This document shows positions 49,650 to 61,958 of a stretch of DNA of 64,000 nt, in pieces; the stretch's first letter is position 1; each line of letters begins with the position of its first letter. The notes under the pieces are model-generated. The model was not told the origin of the DNA and searched no databases. It was given only the letters and a program-made list of their open reading frames with translations. This DNA is from Vezdaea acicularis (taxonomy: Eukaryota). The stretch lies in NCBI GenBank assembly GCA_026025075.1, contig JAPEUI010000036.1:62001-126000 (forward strand). Direction: 5' to 3'. Position numbers and translations under genes: made by a program.

Positions 49650-52600
49650 TTACTTGCGCGGTAATTCTTGGAACAATCGCTTGAAAATCTCCCTACTATT
49701 GTAAAGATTGCTTAATCGAATGCGCTCATTGTCTAGATGTGCACTGTCGCTTGCCTGACCACACGGAAAATGTGCTGCAGGCGCGTCGAATTCTTTTTCT
49801 AGGAAACGGATGATTGGAATGCTGCCCCCTTCGCGGATATAAAGCGGTTTCTGTGAGTGTGCTTTGCCATTTGTTAATGCCAACGACAGAGCCGACTTAG
49901 CTTGGTCGTTTTGGTCAGCGCCCTTCGTGAGCGTCGAAGACGTCGTGGGGCCTGATTTTGATGAAGCAAGATAATGCCCATGGCCAAGGCGCCGTAACGG
50001 CGATTGTGCACCTGGGACTGGGATTGACTGTCGTCTGGGACGCTCGGCAACCGGGCCCCAAACATCGATTATAGCCCTCTCGAGAGTGCGAAATATCTCA
50101 TTATCCGGGTCACCCAGCCATGGATCCGCTTCATGGTTGAAGCTAATCGAAAGATGGTTTTTACTATCCATTTTCTTGAAGTTTGATTGAAGATAAGAAA
50201 TGAGGTCTTGCCGAACTCGATGCGTCTCCTGGTTCGGCACTAGTCGAATTGAGAGGCATGCTTGAGCCATGCGGGGAATGACGGTACTGTTCTCAGGACC
50301 GGAAACCTTTAAGCGATGGATGGTAAGTGAAGCTTCACGCCACCTGCGCATAAGGGAGATCTTGAGATCCTTTGCATCTCCTAGAACAGGGTTTCGCCGA
50401 ATGAGTGTGTCGGTGATTGCGGTGTATCGCTCTTCCTCTGCTTGGGTGATGGGTGGGATGGGATCGTAAAATCCAGGAATCCTCACATGGCCGTGCGATC
50501 CGCTCAGGGTCCCTAGGAGCATGATGAGATCCTTTACTGACTCGTCTAGAAGAGAACTGCCATCTACGCCGCTGTGCAGATCAGGGTTATCACTTTCCAC
50601 GGTAACTGTCGCGTGGATGACCCCTCGGAACCCATACGTTAGACAGGGCACCTCATCATCAAGCCAATAACTGTTGGCGAGTAAGATCCAATCGATATGG
50701 CCGATGAGGCCTTTGTGTTTTCGAACGGCATCTTCAAAACCTCGGGACCCAGACTCTTCTTCACCTTCTATGAGAAAAACGACATCGGAGTCCAGTGCTT
50801 GTTCCGTGACTAGTTCCGCGACCGCGTACAATGCCGCTAGAACTGGACCTTTATTATCAGACACACCTCGGCCATAAACATACCCGTTGATTCCCTCCAT
50901 GGCGAATGGGTCGATGATCCAATCGTTTGTGACGTTTTCAGCAGCTATGACATCGTAGTGGCCATAGAAGAGGATCTTTTTCCTTGTCTTGGCTGTCGCT
51001 GGGTTCCCTTTGAATTTCGCTAATACAATAGGGTTACGCTGATCCTCTGTTTTCAACATTTCCGTGTAAGCGCCAAAGCTCTTAAACAGTGAACGTAGAT
51101 AAGTTGCGCCCCTTCGACAATCTCCCGCGTACTTTGGATTGGAGGAGACTGTTTGATAGGACACGAAGCACGCCAAAGACTCTAAGAGTTGTTCTGGGTC
51201 ATGTTAGAGGTATTGAGTATGAGGAGTAAAATTGACTTCACCATTGCCACTCTTCAAGCTTCGCTTGGGCTCAGAAGCGCAGTCCGTTACATCCCAGACT
51301 GCTACACAGTTATCGTTTCCGCCTGTGACTAGAATGCGCCGTTGATTGTGAAATGCGAGTGCGGAAGCAAGAACGAGGTCGTTATGTACCTCCCACTGAG
51401 TAATGCATTCATAATTCCGGTTGAATTTCAAGAGGCTTGTTAGCAGTGATGGAATAGAAGTTAGGAATAAGGACATACCTGTGCAAGCCCGCTTGCTCCG
51501 CCGCTGAACACGAAGCCATCTCCCACTGAGAGCGTCAAGATATCTGTTTTATCGGCCCTGATGCTTCTTACTAGCTGTCTCGTATCGAGGTCCCAAACAT
51601 TTATATCTCCTTCTAGAAGCCCAGCGAAAAGGAAGGCACTATCTAGGGCAATGGAGAGTACTGAATTATCTCCGTTCTCGAATGCTGTAATTTCTTCAAT
51701 CGCTCCGTGATTATCGGCATCAAGAGACCAGAGCTTGATCGTCCCGTCTCCACCACCAGTTATTAGCACGTCATCCTCGAAACCGCCGCCAATAGTCCCG
51801 CCTTGCGCAAGAATCATGCAGTATACATAGCCGTAATGAGCATATTGCACAATCTCCTGCTTGTCGGCCTCGAGTAATTGACCTCCTTGAGCAAGCGTCG
51901 CTCGCCCTGGCGAGGTAGGCCATGGGTTTGATGTACCTCCCGGCCCTTTTGAATCAAAAAATCTATGGCTCCGGTGGGATGCGTCGGATTTCGGCTTAGG
52001 TCCGGGGCGGTTATCCTTATCTTTTAGGTCGTACCACTCAACAGCTACGTTAGCTTTAATGGCACTCCAACCATAGAACTGTTCAGTAACGAACCTGTAT
52101 GCTAGTGTTCTGAGCTCCAAAGTAGACAGTCTGAAGAGTTGATGAATAGACAACGCAGAAAATGTCGCCCACAGCATAGGTTGAGGATATACTGTAGAGA
52201 CGGTCAAGGGTAATCGGTGACCATATCTACGCGTCCTGTCAGTTCTGCCCCCTCGATTGGACAGGGACGAAGTACATTTACAATCCTATCACCAGCGCCA
52301 GAGACAAGCAGTGTTTGGTCCTGCGAGAGCTGTAGACAAAGGACACTACCATCGTGCGCATTTACAGCCGCAATACGTTCATACGTATCTAGGGACCATG
52401 TCTTTTTGCCTTGTCAGCTAGCACAAGCGTCAAGGACACGAAGCGTAACTAACAAGGATTTCTCCTCCTTGCGTTCCTGCATATAGGCGACAGTCGCTAA
52501 TTGTCAGAGTCAGAATGCTCTTATCATGTTTTACACGGTGAAATAAGGTTGGGGTTGAGCTTCGTGTAGCTCCTTTCTGAGAGAGGTGGCGCAGCTTGGG

Positions 52601-52711
52601 CGCCTGCTCTGCGTCGCGAGTGTCTGGGGTATTGCTGCGGCTGGAGCTATCCTCAGAGCTTACGCACGAGTGATCGGAATCAGAGCCATGGTGCTCCTCA
52701 TGGTCTGTCAT
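49650..52711 (-). CDS. DUG2: Glutathione degradosome subunit Dug2 (WD40 repeats + M20 metallopeptidase domain)
   Basis: Six exons: WD40 repeats (GTQGGEIL, SGAGDRIV, TGGGDGTIKLW, TGGNDNCVAVWD), then M20 motifs FYGHYDV, GRGVSDNKGP, EGEEESGS, DLHSG, REGGSIP, AHLDNERI. Introns 3 and 4 have atypical acceptors (see findings). Confidence 0.92.
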
Positions 52712-52943
52712 GACGATATCGAAATCGAAGTACAGGGGAGACAGTCCGGCCCTATTAGCGTTACAACCAGACCTAGGCTATTTTCTTAAGCGAATGAGAG
52801 ACTTTCACCTTGCGGACAGTAGGACGCCATAAAACATATTATTGCCTAGTATTTTCCGGAATCTGTAGGATAAAGGAGTATCAAAACATAGAAATCTTTC
52901 TACTAGCAATGTCACAATATACTCTGAGGTCTAGAGAAGTATA

Positions 52944-55568
52944 ATGGAGATTTTGTCCGGGAATGATAGCAAAGAACATGTCGACGGTTTAGGAATCTCC
53001 TCGTCTTCTGCTATAGGGTTGGACCTTGTCCATGGAAACTCGCACAACTCATCCTCTGGCATATCAGCATCCAATGAGGGACAGCTATTCGAAAATGAAC
53101 AGGATATAGAAAAGGTCTTGAAGCTCTCATCATCTAAGATCCATGATCTTACCTCTTCCCCGGAGTCTTTACCGCCTTTAGGTGCCTCCCGGACTGGTCA
53201 AACGCAGCTGTTACGACCAAAGTCTTCTCGAGCTGTAACTTCTCCGGTCATAAAAAGAAAACATGCATCAACAATAACAGGCGGATCGCAAGCGGCCTCG
53301 TGCTTTTCGAGGCCTAGTAGGATTGTCCCAGCGCCGCTAGAGCTATCAAACCCACCTACGTCTTTTGCTGGAAATTCGAGAGGTCCTCTCTCTCCACCTC
53401 CAGAGCCCTCCCCTGTCCCCCCTACTATACCTCTACCTCCGCTATCTATACCAACGTATCTACAGCTTGAACTTTCACCTTCGCGACCTTCACCTTTGTA
53501 TATTCATCGGTCCACCAACAGGGAATTTCCATATGAATCTTCACAAGTCAAGTATGAAAGGCTTCAAAACTTTCTCCTCTTAGCGCCAAATCTGGAAGGA
53601 GTACTCTGGTTTGGCACTCTAGCGTGTCTAGATGCGTGGCTCTATTCATTTACCATACTCCCTTTGCGATTCTTCAAGGCCCTTGGTATTTTGGCGCAAT
53701 GGTGGACCGAGATTGTTGGCAGAGAGGCGCGATACGTTTTTTGGTTCATCTACCTAGGTACTGGAAGGATGTGGCGTCGTCATCAAGAAAGGATGAGCGG
53801 TGCCACGCCACGTCCTAATATGGCACCACCGAGCACAGCATCTACTTCAAGGAGACCATCTGTGATAGACATATCTTCTCCTGCTTCACAATTATCTCCA
53901 TCAGCCAATACCGTAACCCCAAACCCAAACCCAAGCCAGGATCATTCAGCGCCCGAACGTAGAAAAAGCAAGCATAACTCTCGGCGCCACCCTCGGATGA
54001 GATTCAAACCATCGCTACTCTTACCAAGCCACAAGGCGGATCTGTTGAAAGGCCTGGTGGTAATGATCAGCTGCATTATTTTGACCCGATTTGATGCAAG
54101 TAGGATGTACCACAGCATTCGCGGCCAAGCAGCAATTAAGCTGTACGTTATATATAATGTTTTGGAGGCGAGTTCTACTTCGAGAGACACAGTTTGAGAT
54201 ATTACTAACACTTCAGTAGGTTTGTGACCGGCTTTTTTCTGCATTAGGACAGGACATATTTGAATGCCTTTTCTCCAGAGAAACTTTAGAACGTAAACCT
54301 AATGGAAGAAGTAAACTTCTCCGTCCTTTTGGAATGTTTCTATTGGCACTCACGTATAACGTCATTCATTCTACCGCCTTGTTCTATCAGGTGATCACGC
54401 TTAATGTCGCGGTGAACTCCTATTCGAATGCTTTGATCACTCTTTTAATGTCGAATCAATTCGTTGAGATAAAGTCAACAGTGTTCAAGAGGTTTGAGAA
54501 AGAGAATCTCTTCCAGCTTACCTGTGCAGACGTGGTTGAACGTTTTCAGCTATGGCTGATGCTGGTGATCATTGCTCTAAGGAACTTAGTTGAAGTTGGA
54601 CTACCTGTTCTCAGCCTTGGTTTTGGCGGAGCCAGTACTAGCGGGGACTCTGCTAACTACGCGGCAAACATGACGGCACCACTAAGGGCTGGCATCCTAC
54701 CAAAGAGTTTCACTCTCTTTCCCAAATGGACAGGACAGCTGTTTAGCCCGTTCTTCTTAGTCCTAGGGAGCGAGATGATCATTGATTGGCTGAAGCACTC
54801 ATATATTACAAAATTTAATAACACCAAACCCGCGATATACGGTCGATTTCTTGACGTCTTAGCTAAGGATTACTATTCCAACGTAAGTAGTCAATCTTTA
54901 CTTTTGTAGAACGGATCTTTGATTATCTCTAGGCTTTTGCAGATCAAAATTTGACCCGTCGACTTGGCCTTCCTGTTATTCCACTCTCCTGTCTTTTCAT
55001 CCGTTCCTCACTTCAAACCTACCACATGTTTTTGGCAAACCACATGCCCTCACCATTGCCTAGCTCGGCAACATCGCTCTCAGAAGCCTCTACTACTTCA
55101 CCTGCTACCACAGCAGCCCTGGAACACGTGGATGCAATTATTCGGCGGGCGTTGGGCCGTTCCTCATTCGGCGCCGGCGGCGTTTCCTTGACGGGCAGCA
55201 GATGGTGGTGGAGCGGAGACGATGTAATCGCTCTAATAACTCTTATTGTGGTCTTCGCCATCCTTTTCTTTGTACTACTAGCATTTAAGCTTGTCCTTGG
55301 AATGCTACTTTTGAATTTCTCGCAGAGAAGGTATAAAAGCATGAAGGAGCGGGAAAGTGACTGGAGCGGCACAAGCGCTAAGAGTTCTGGAGGGTGGGGC
55401 GTTGTGGAGGTAGATGATGACAAGAAGCGCTGGATCTATCAAGACGATCCTGCTGGTGCCAAGGCGGCAAGGGAGAGGGACAAAGCAGCTAGGGATCGTG
55501 AAAGCCGAAGTGAGGCAGATTTTGGTGGCGTGAGCCGTTACACCATGCATGCAAAGAGGATCTGGTAG
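52944..55568 (+). CDS. EMP65: ER membrane protein Emp65 / TAPT1 (DUF747 family)
   Basis: Exons 52944-54167, 54220-54882, 54933-55568. Motifs CLDAWLYSFTILPLR, DASRMYHSIRGQAAIKLYVIYNVLEVCDRL, LLMSNQFVEIKSTVFK, DWLKHSYITKFN, RRLGLPVIPL. Confidence 0.92.
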
Positions 55569-55798
55569 CAGGAGTTATATGGCTTTGAATTAGCTAAGCA
55601 TTCGTAGAAATGTGTTCGAATAGAGTTATGCCGTAACAGCTGCATGTGCGTGACTTAACAATTCTTATATTACATGGTTCCCCTAGTCGAAGAGTGTGGT
55701 GTAGACTATCTTTGTAGCTGCTGAAGTAGTGAAATAGCGTGCAGTTGGAAACTAAGATTATTGGAATATAAGTTACAATAGTGCCCTAAAGCTCATTC

Positions 55799-55904
55799 GG
55801 CTGGGTAGTTCAGTGGTAGAATTCTTGCTTTGGGTTATACACGTCTTCGATAGTTCACGTGTTCCGAATGTAAGAGGTCGGGAGTTCGATCCTCTCCTCA
55901 GCCC
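55799..55904 (+). tRNA. tRNA-Pro(UGG) with a 34-nt intron (55835-55868)
   Basis: Acceptor GGCTGGG/CTCAGCC, D arm GTTC-AGTGGTA-GAAT, anticodon stem CTTGC/GTAAG with loop TT-TGG-G[intron]T, T arm GGGAG-TTCGATC-CTCTC. Oligo-T Pol III terminator from 55922. Confidence 0.93.
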
Positions 55905-56037
55905 CATCGGGGTACATTACCTTTTTGCCTTTTTTCTACTTCTTCTATAGAAGTTGCGAGTGCAAAATCCCCCCATTATTTTTTCTTCCTACGTCTAAAC
56001 ACTATAGAGAGGAGCTTGGACTCCACCTCACATCGAA

Positions 56038-57289
56038 ATGCAAGGGTTCAGTAAGTGCTCCCCCCAATACTCCATCACCATGCTAACTTAGCTTTAGACA
56101 TGGGACGGTATGCTCTTATTGCAATAATGTCTTCAGTCAAAAGATCCCCTAATATCCCTACAGCTATGTCCCGCCCGATCTCGAAGGGACTGTCTCCGCC
56201 AACAAGCTCGCGGGAAAGTACGTATCTCATATCTTCTATACACCTTCATTCTAAACACTATATAGGAACGCCCTCGGCGCCCGCGCTCGCAAGTCCTCTC
56301 AAGGTATCTTGACCGTGCGCTTCGAAATGCCCTTCCCTATATGGTGTACGACCTGCCCCAAGCCCACTATCATAGCTCAAGGCGTGCGCTTCAATGCCGA
56401 GAAGAAGAAGGTTGGCAACTACTATAGTACGGCAATCTTCAGCTTCCGCATGAAACACAATGTCTGTGGTGGGGCGATCGAGATCCAGACTGACCCGAAG
56501 AACACGGCCTACGTCGTTACCGAAGGTGCGAAAAGGCGGGATACAGGAGAGGATAAAGAGACTGCACTTGGGGATGGCGAGATCTTCCTGGAGGGAATGC
56601 GGGTTGGGGAGGAGGTCAAAGAGAAAGATCCATTTGAACAGGCGGAGGGGAAGGGTGCGGATAAGGCGGCGGCAACGGAGCAGCAGACAAGGGTCAAGGA
56701 GCTCAAGAGGTTGCGGGATAGGGATTGGGCGGATCCTTATGAGGCGTCTCGGAGGCTAAGGAAGCCCTTTCGGGAGCAGAGAAAGATCAGGGAGGCAGAT
56801 GAGGCGAAGGGAGAGCACTTGGCAACGATTTATGGGCTGGGTGTAGAGATGTTGCCGGAGATCCAGGAGGATGGAAAGAGGGCAGCATTAGTTGAATTTG
56901 GAGAGCCAAGGGCTACCATTGAGGGAGAGGACGCTCTGAGGGAAGTGGCAGGGAAGCCATTGTTTGGTAATGGCAAGGGGGAGATCAAGGGTACGGAGAT
57001 GCCTGATGGAAAGAATCGCAAGCGTAAGGAGAAGCCGGAAGACGTTGCAAAAAGGAAACGCGAGGCGCTGCAGAGAGAGCTCAGGGGTAATACCATGGCT
57101 GTAATCGACCCGTTTCTCGGGATTGGAAAGGACTTCAGGTCTAATAATGGACGTATCATTCCGGGAGTAAAGAAGAAATTAATGAGTTCCATAACAGTCA
57201 ATGACGAAGTCGAGCTCGAGGAAAACAATGTCGGGGCAAGGCCAGTGGAGCAAACGCTACGGCTGGTGGACTACGACTCAGACGGCTGA
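56038..57289 (+). CDS. Saf4/Yju2/CWC16 (CCDC130-like, DUF572) splicing factor
   Basis: Exons 56038-56050, 56098-56107, 56164-56217, 56266-57289 give MQGFNMGRYVPPDLEG...LTVRFEMPFPIWCTTC...GVRFNAEKKKVGNYYST...TDPKNTAYVV; ends LVDYDSDG. Confidence 0.9.
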
Positions 57290-57737
57290 CCGCTATGTGA
57301 TAGTGGTGACTTACGGGTCTATGACAGGCAAGAAGTCATCCGCATCTCATTAATGCAGTTCATCAAAGGCGTCATAACAGCATAGGTTCGGAGTCGCATT
57401 GCACGGTATTTGGGAAGGAATTAGTAGCGTACCATAGCGCAATTTCAGAAATTTTTATTGGCTAGATAGATACTCTTCACAACAGTGCAAAAACTAAGCA
57501 AGCTGCATAACTGAGCTCCTCCCCTATACACAAGCAACAATGACAATTTAGGCCAGAACGGGTATCCGCGAGAAAACGAGTGGAGAAATGCAAGCTTTCA
57601 AAGCGCAAGGGCGAATATACAATAAGGCTGGTGGAACGACTGCTCAACACTGCAAACAATTCGGGCAAATTTCGACGAGTGAACATGATAGCCAAAAATG
57701 AGAGGCTGTGAAGCGCAGTTGGGTGTGGAGTTGAGCT

Positions 57738-60700
57738 CTAGATGGGCTGTGTTGGGCCATGGCTCGAGTTCGGTGGTGACATCTCTTGGATCATCCTATC
57801 CAAGAACGTGTCAGTAAAGTTCGAGCCGAGCGTGGAAGTCCAACACACTGAACGCTTACCTTCTTGTCTCCGCTTTTAGGTCTAGATTCTCCTTCTTAGC
57901 TAGTTCTAGCTGTTTTTTTACCTGCGCCATCTAGTTTTTGTCAGTGTGAGTCCAATGTGGATCGTACAATCTTCGACGAGGTCAGCAGCAAAAGCTGTGC
58001 CTAGTCTTCCAGGACAGGGTCTTTGGCTCATCGCATCAGGAACCAAAGGACGTCGCCCCTGGGACCACGCACAGCCCTTGCCATCAACTTCATCTGCACC
58101 GTAAAACAACCCCAAAAAGCTCTGCTCCAAAGAATCAGAAGGAAAGGGCGCCCACAGTGCCTGCACTCCCCACCACCGAAGAAGTTTTCAGAACCTCACC
58201 TTCCTTCCCCAAAACACCCCCATCCTCTTCCTCATCCTCCGCCCACTTGCTCTTCTCAAGTCCAGTTGCTGGAGCTTCAGCCTTTGAATTCATAGCCTTT
58301 GCCTGCTCAGCTGCTAGCTGGTCCTTCAGGAGTTTGTTATCCTCATGTAGTTGGTCTACTTCGCGCTGCAAGGACTCGATTTTGGTAGTAAAGACTTGGT
58401 TGAGGTCTTGAATGTCCTTTGTGGAGGATTCCTGGGATTTGGTGGCAGCGCTTTTATGCGCAGCAAGCTCTTCCTTTAACTTTTCAAGGGCCGATTTGTG
58501 TTGCGTAGCCTCTGCTTGCGATTTGCTAAGCTCCGTTGCATGCCCTTCCTTCAGTTCCTGAATATCAGCCTTCAGCTTGTCTGCTTCAGTAGTGTCAGGC
58601 TTCACGTTCTTAGCCGCATCTAGATCAGATTTGAGCTTCGAGATCTCCTCGTCGTGGGATGCCTTTAGATTGTCTAGTGCGCTTGCATGTTTTTTGGTTT
58701 GTTCAGAATATGCGTTGCCCGAGGCTTCATGCTTCTCTTCCAGATCTTTGATTTGGGTTGTGAGCTTGGATACGGCTTCCTTTTCTTTAGAGAGCTCAGA
58801 TTTAAGGGCTTCAATTTGATCAGTATAATGCTTCTCGAGAGCCGTAGTGTCTTGCTTTGCTTTGGCCGCGTCAAGGCTCTTCTGATGGTCTGCCTTGAGA
58901 GCCTCGATCTCCGCAGTGTGCTTAGAGCTCAAATCGGCTTCTTTGGCAGCTGTGGCGGTTTCCAAAGCTTTTGAATGGTCACTCTTCAATACAGTAATTG
59001 CATTTTCATGAGCTGTTTGCAAATCATGTTGAGACGCGTTCGACGCGTCAAGCTTCTGCTGCCAATCTTTAAGGGCGACTTCATGGTGAGATTGCAGCTC
59101 AGAGAGCTGTTTCGACCGAGAATCCTCGTGCTCGGCTTTCAAAGCTGCGATTGCCTCAGCATGTTTCTTTTCGGTCTCGGCCTTGTCCTTGATGAGAGCG
59201 TCATGCTTCTCTTCTAGCTCCTTCAACTTCTCTTTCTGCTTTGATTCAATGGTTTGCTCCAGCGCCTCGAATTCGGTGGCATGATCATCACTCAAACTTC
59301 TCAGCTGATTCCTGTGTCGTTCTTCCAAGGTCGTAATTTCCTTGGCCTTCTCATCCAAGCTTTTAGCGGTCGCGCTATGATCGGCTTTAACTTTAGACAA
59401 CTCAGCCGCGTGCTGTTCATCCTTGCCCTTTCCTTCCTCGTCCATCGTATCTAGGGCTTTCTTTATGCTAGCGAGTTCCGCCTGAGCCTCCTCCAAAGCT
59501 TTGCGTTCCGCTGCGGACTGCGTTTGTAGGAGGTTCAACTGCTCTTCGAGACTTGTTCTTGCTTTGGTCGCCTCTGCTTCTGCTTCACCAAGTCGCTGGG
59601 TATGAGCTTCACCCAAGTCTCTTGATGCAGACTCATGGCTACTTTTGAGCTCACTAATAGCTTTTTCATGCTCTTTGCTTAATTCATTGACCTTCTCGGC
59701 TGTTTCTTGGCTGTGCGTTTCATGTAGCTTTCGCAACTCGTTTTGAAGATTCTCAACGACTTGGCCTATGCCTTTGATTTCATTATCCCTTTTCTGGATC
59801 GCCTCCTCGTGTGACAAAGATGCACTTTTTGATGAGCTTTCGGCCTCTGAAAGGGCTGCGCTAAGCTCTGCAATTTTCTTTTCTGAAGCAGCTGCCGCTT
59901 CCTCATGACTAGAAGTATACTTTTTCAAAGAGTCTGATGTCTCTTGATGGGCTGATATTTCATTGTCCCGAGCCTCCGATATGGCCTGTAGCTGTGACTC
60001 ATAGGATTCGCGAAGATGGGCTATTTGACTATCATGGGCCGAGCGAATGTTCTGCTCTGCTTCTTTTACAAGCTCAGATTCCTTTGAAGCGGCATCACCA
60101 AGCTCCACAAGCTTCGCCTTAGAGGCTTCGAGCTCTTGCTCCAGTTCTGATGTCTATTTTATATTTGTGAGCACAAAATTTACCTATAGTGGGATAATTG
60201 TTAAAAGGGAGGAGGGGCTCACTCTTGCGTCGCTAGCTTCAGCTCTTCCTTTTAGGCTCTCAATTTCTGCTTCCATATCTCGAGCAGTCTCGCCGTTCGT
60301 TGTTTCTGTGGCCGCGTGGCCCTCTTTCAGAGTCTGAACCTCAGCTTCCAACTCGTGTACGCGGTCTCGTAAAGCACTTGGATCCTTTGACGTTGCCGAT
60401 ACGCCTGTTGTACTGCGTGCGGTCGTCTTCGGTGCCGGAGAGCTTGATATCGCACTCAAGCGCTTCCTGGCATCCGCAACTGCACCAGTAGCAGCAGTCT
60501 TAGTCGAGTTCGCTGCTTCTCGGACTCTAGTTGTAGTAGAGGGGGGGCCTCTCGATACGGCCGTAGCGCTGGTCGTGGATGGCTTTGAGGGACTGTTATT
60601 GTTGCTGAGAGGCTTGCGAACCGTGCTTGTAGAAGGATTAAGACTCGATCGACGATCTGCAGTGGACGCGGGTTTAGTCACAGGGGACCTTGCGGTCCCG

Positions 60701-61164
60701 GACCCCGTTCCAGCCAAAGACATTCTCTTCGCCGTGCCACCCAAAGGTTTTTTATCATTGTCTGTAGAACTTGTGGATGGATGCGATTTGTGTCCCGATG
60801 AAGCCGTTGGCCCCGTAGCAGTACCAGCTGTGCGGCGTATAGTGGAGCCGGGAGGAGGACGGGTAGGGGGCTTCGTCAACCCGCTGCCCGGTACGGCTCT
60901 TGCGGTGGATGCTGGGGTTCCCTTTGGTGCCGAAGTTGTACCAGATCCAGCTACACGTTTTGCTGTAGTTATAGGCCGCTTGGGAGGTACAGAAGTTTTC
61001 TTCGCTGGTGAGGGCGCGGATGTTTCTTCACCCACGCCTTGCGCAGGCTCAGTTCCGTCCGATGCAGGAACTTCTTCAGAGGGTAACTCTTCTGTCACCT
61101 CATCAGCAGTGGGTTCCTCCACTGTCGCTAGGGCAGCTGGAGACTGTTCTTCAACGTCGGCCAT
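57738..61164 (-). CDS. Long coiled-coil protein with T/S/P-rich basic N-terminus (function unknown)
   Basis: Exons 61164-60223 and 60153-58156, then either read-through to the stop at 58135 or splicing to exons 57930-57860 and ~57796-57738. Extensive heptad repeats rich in E/K/H/A. Confidence 0.8.
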
Positions 61165-61958
61165 TTTTCTGAATCCTAATCTAGTGGTGAGAACAGGGAA
61201 GTTGTGCGTGAAGTAGCGATGACAGAAAGTTGTGATAGGGCGTGATCCCAAAGATACAATGAGATTGACGACGTAACGAAAGTCGGCAGCTGTCTTTTTA
61301 AAGCTGCCAGCAGTGTGGACGACACGTCACAATGGCCCTAAAAATATTGTCATTCGCTTCACGTGAAGAAGCAGCTTTACGAGACAGCTGAGTATTGAAG
61401 GACTTGTAGCTCGTCGCTCCGCAGGTATAGGATACACAATTGATGCAGCAGGGCGAATGGAGATTTCGGGACCAGGGCGGAGAGCATCAAATTACCCGCG
61501 ACCCAGATAGAGAGATGGGCGGTAAGGTGCTTTGGATGAGACGGTAGCGGAGAAGCGCGTCCTCTCGCCGATCGCGAAGGTGTGTGGCGCCCTATCAAGA
61601 GAGTGCGTGCAGACCAGGGGGAGGCTTTACATTTACAGACGTTAACCGAAGTATCTTTGCACCCAACTTGGGTGAGCCAATCCTCGCTACTGTCACTGTG
61701 GCACCAGCTATCATGTCAAGCGTGTGCACAGTCTGCATGGCCTGTGCCCAGTGGGGCCGTAAGCGGAAGTCAAATCAAACGAGCTCCTCTTCGCAGATCC
61801 GATCGAAAGCTTCGGTCTGACCTGAGGGAGACCCTGAGATTGGATTACTAAGATTAAGGGTATATGCAACGAAGAGCCTCTGCTCAGTGGCAGCCATGGT
61901 ATCATGTTAAGACAGAAATCCTAAATGCTCTATCATCTCCATCGCGAAGAAAATTGCA

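Noticed and set aside
9367..52711. MET10 and DUG2 as a sulfur-metabolism gene cluster
   Set aside because: About 37 kb apart with many unrelated genes between them.
60154..60222. Internal TAG|GTAAAT suggesting recursive splicing or a stwintron
   Set aside because: The resulting pieces (~39 and ~30 nt) are too short; a single 69-nt intron restores the frame.
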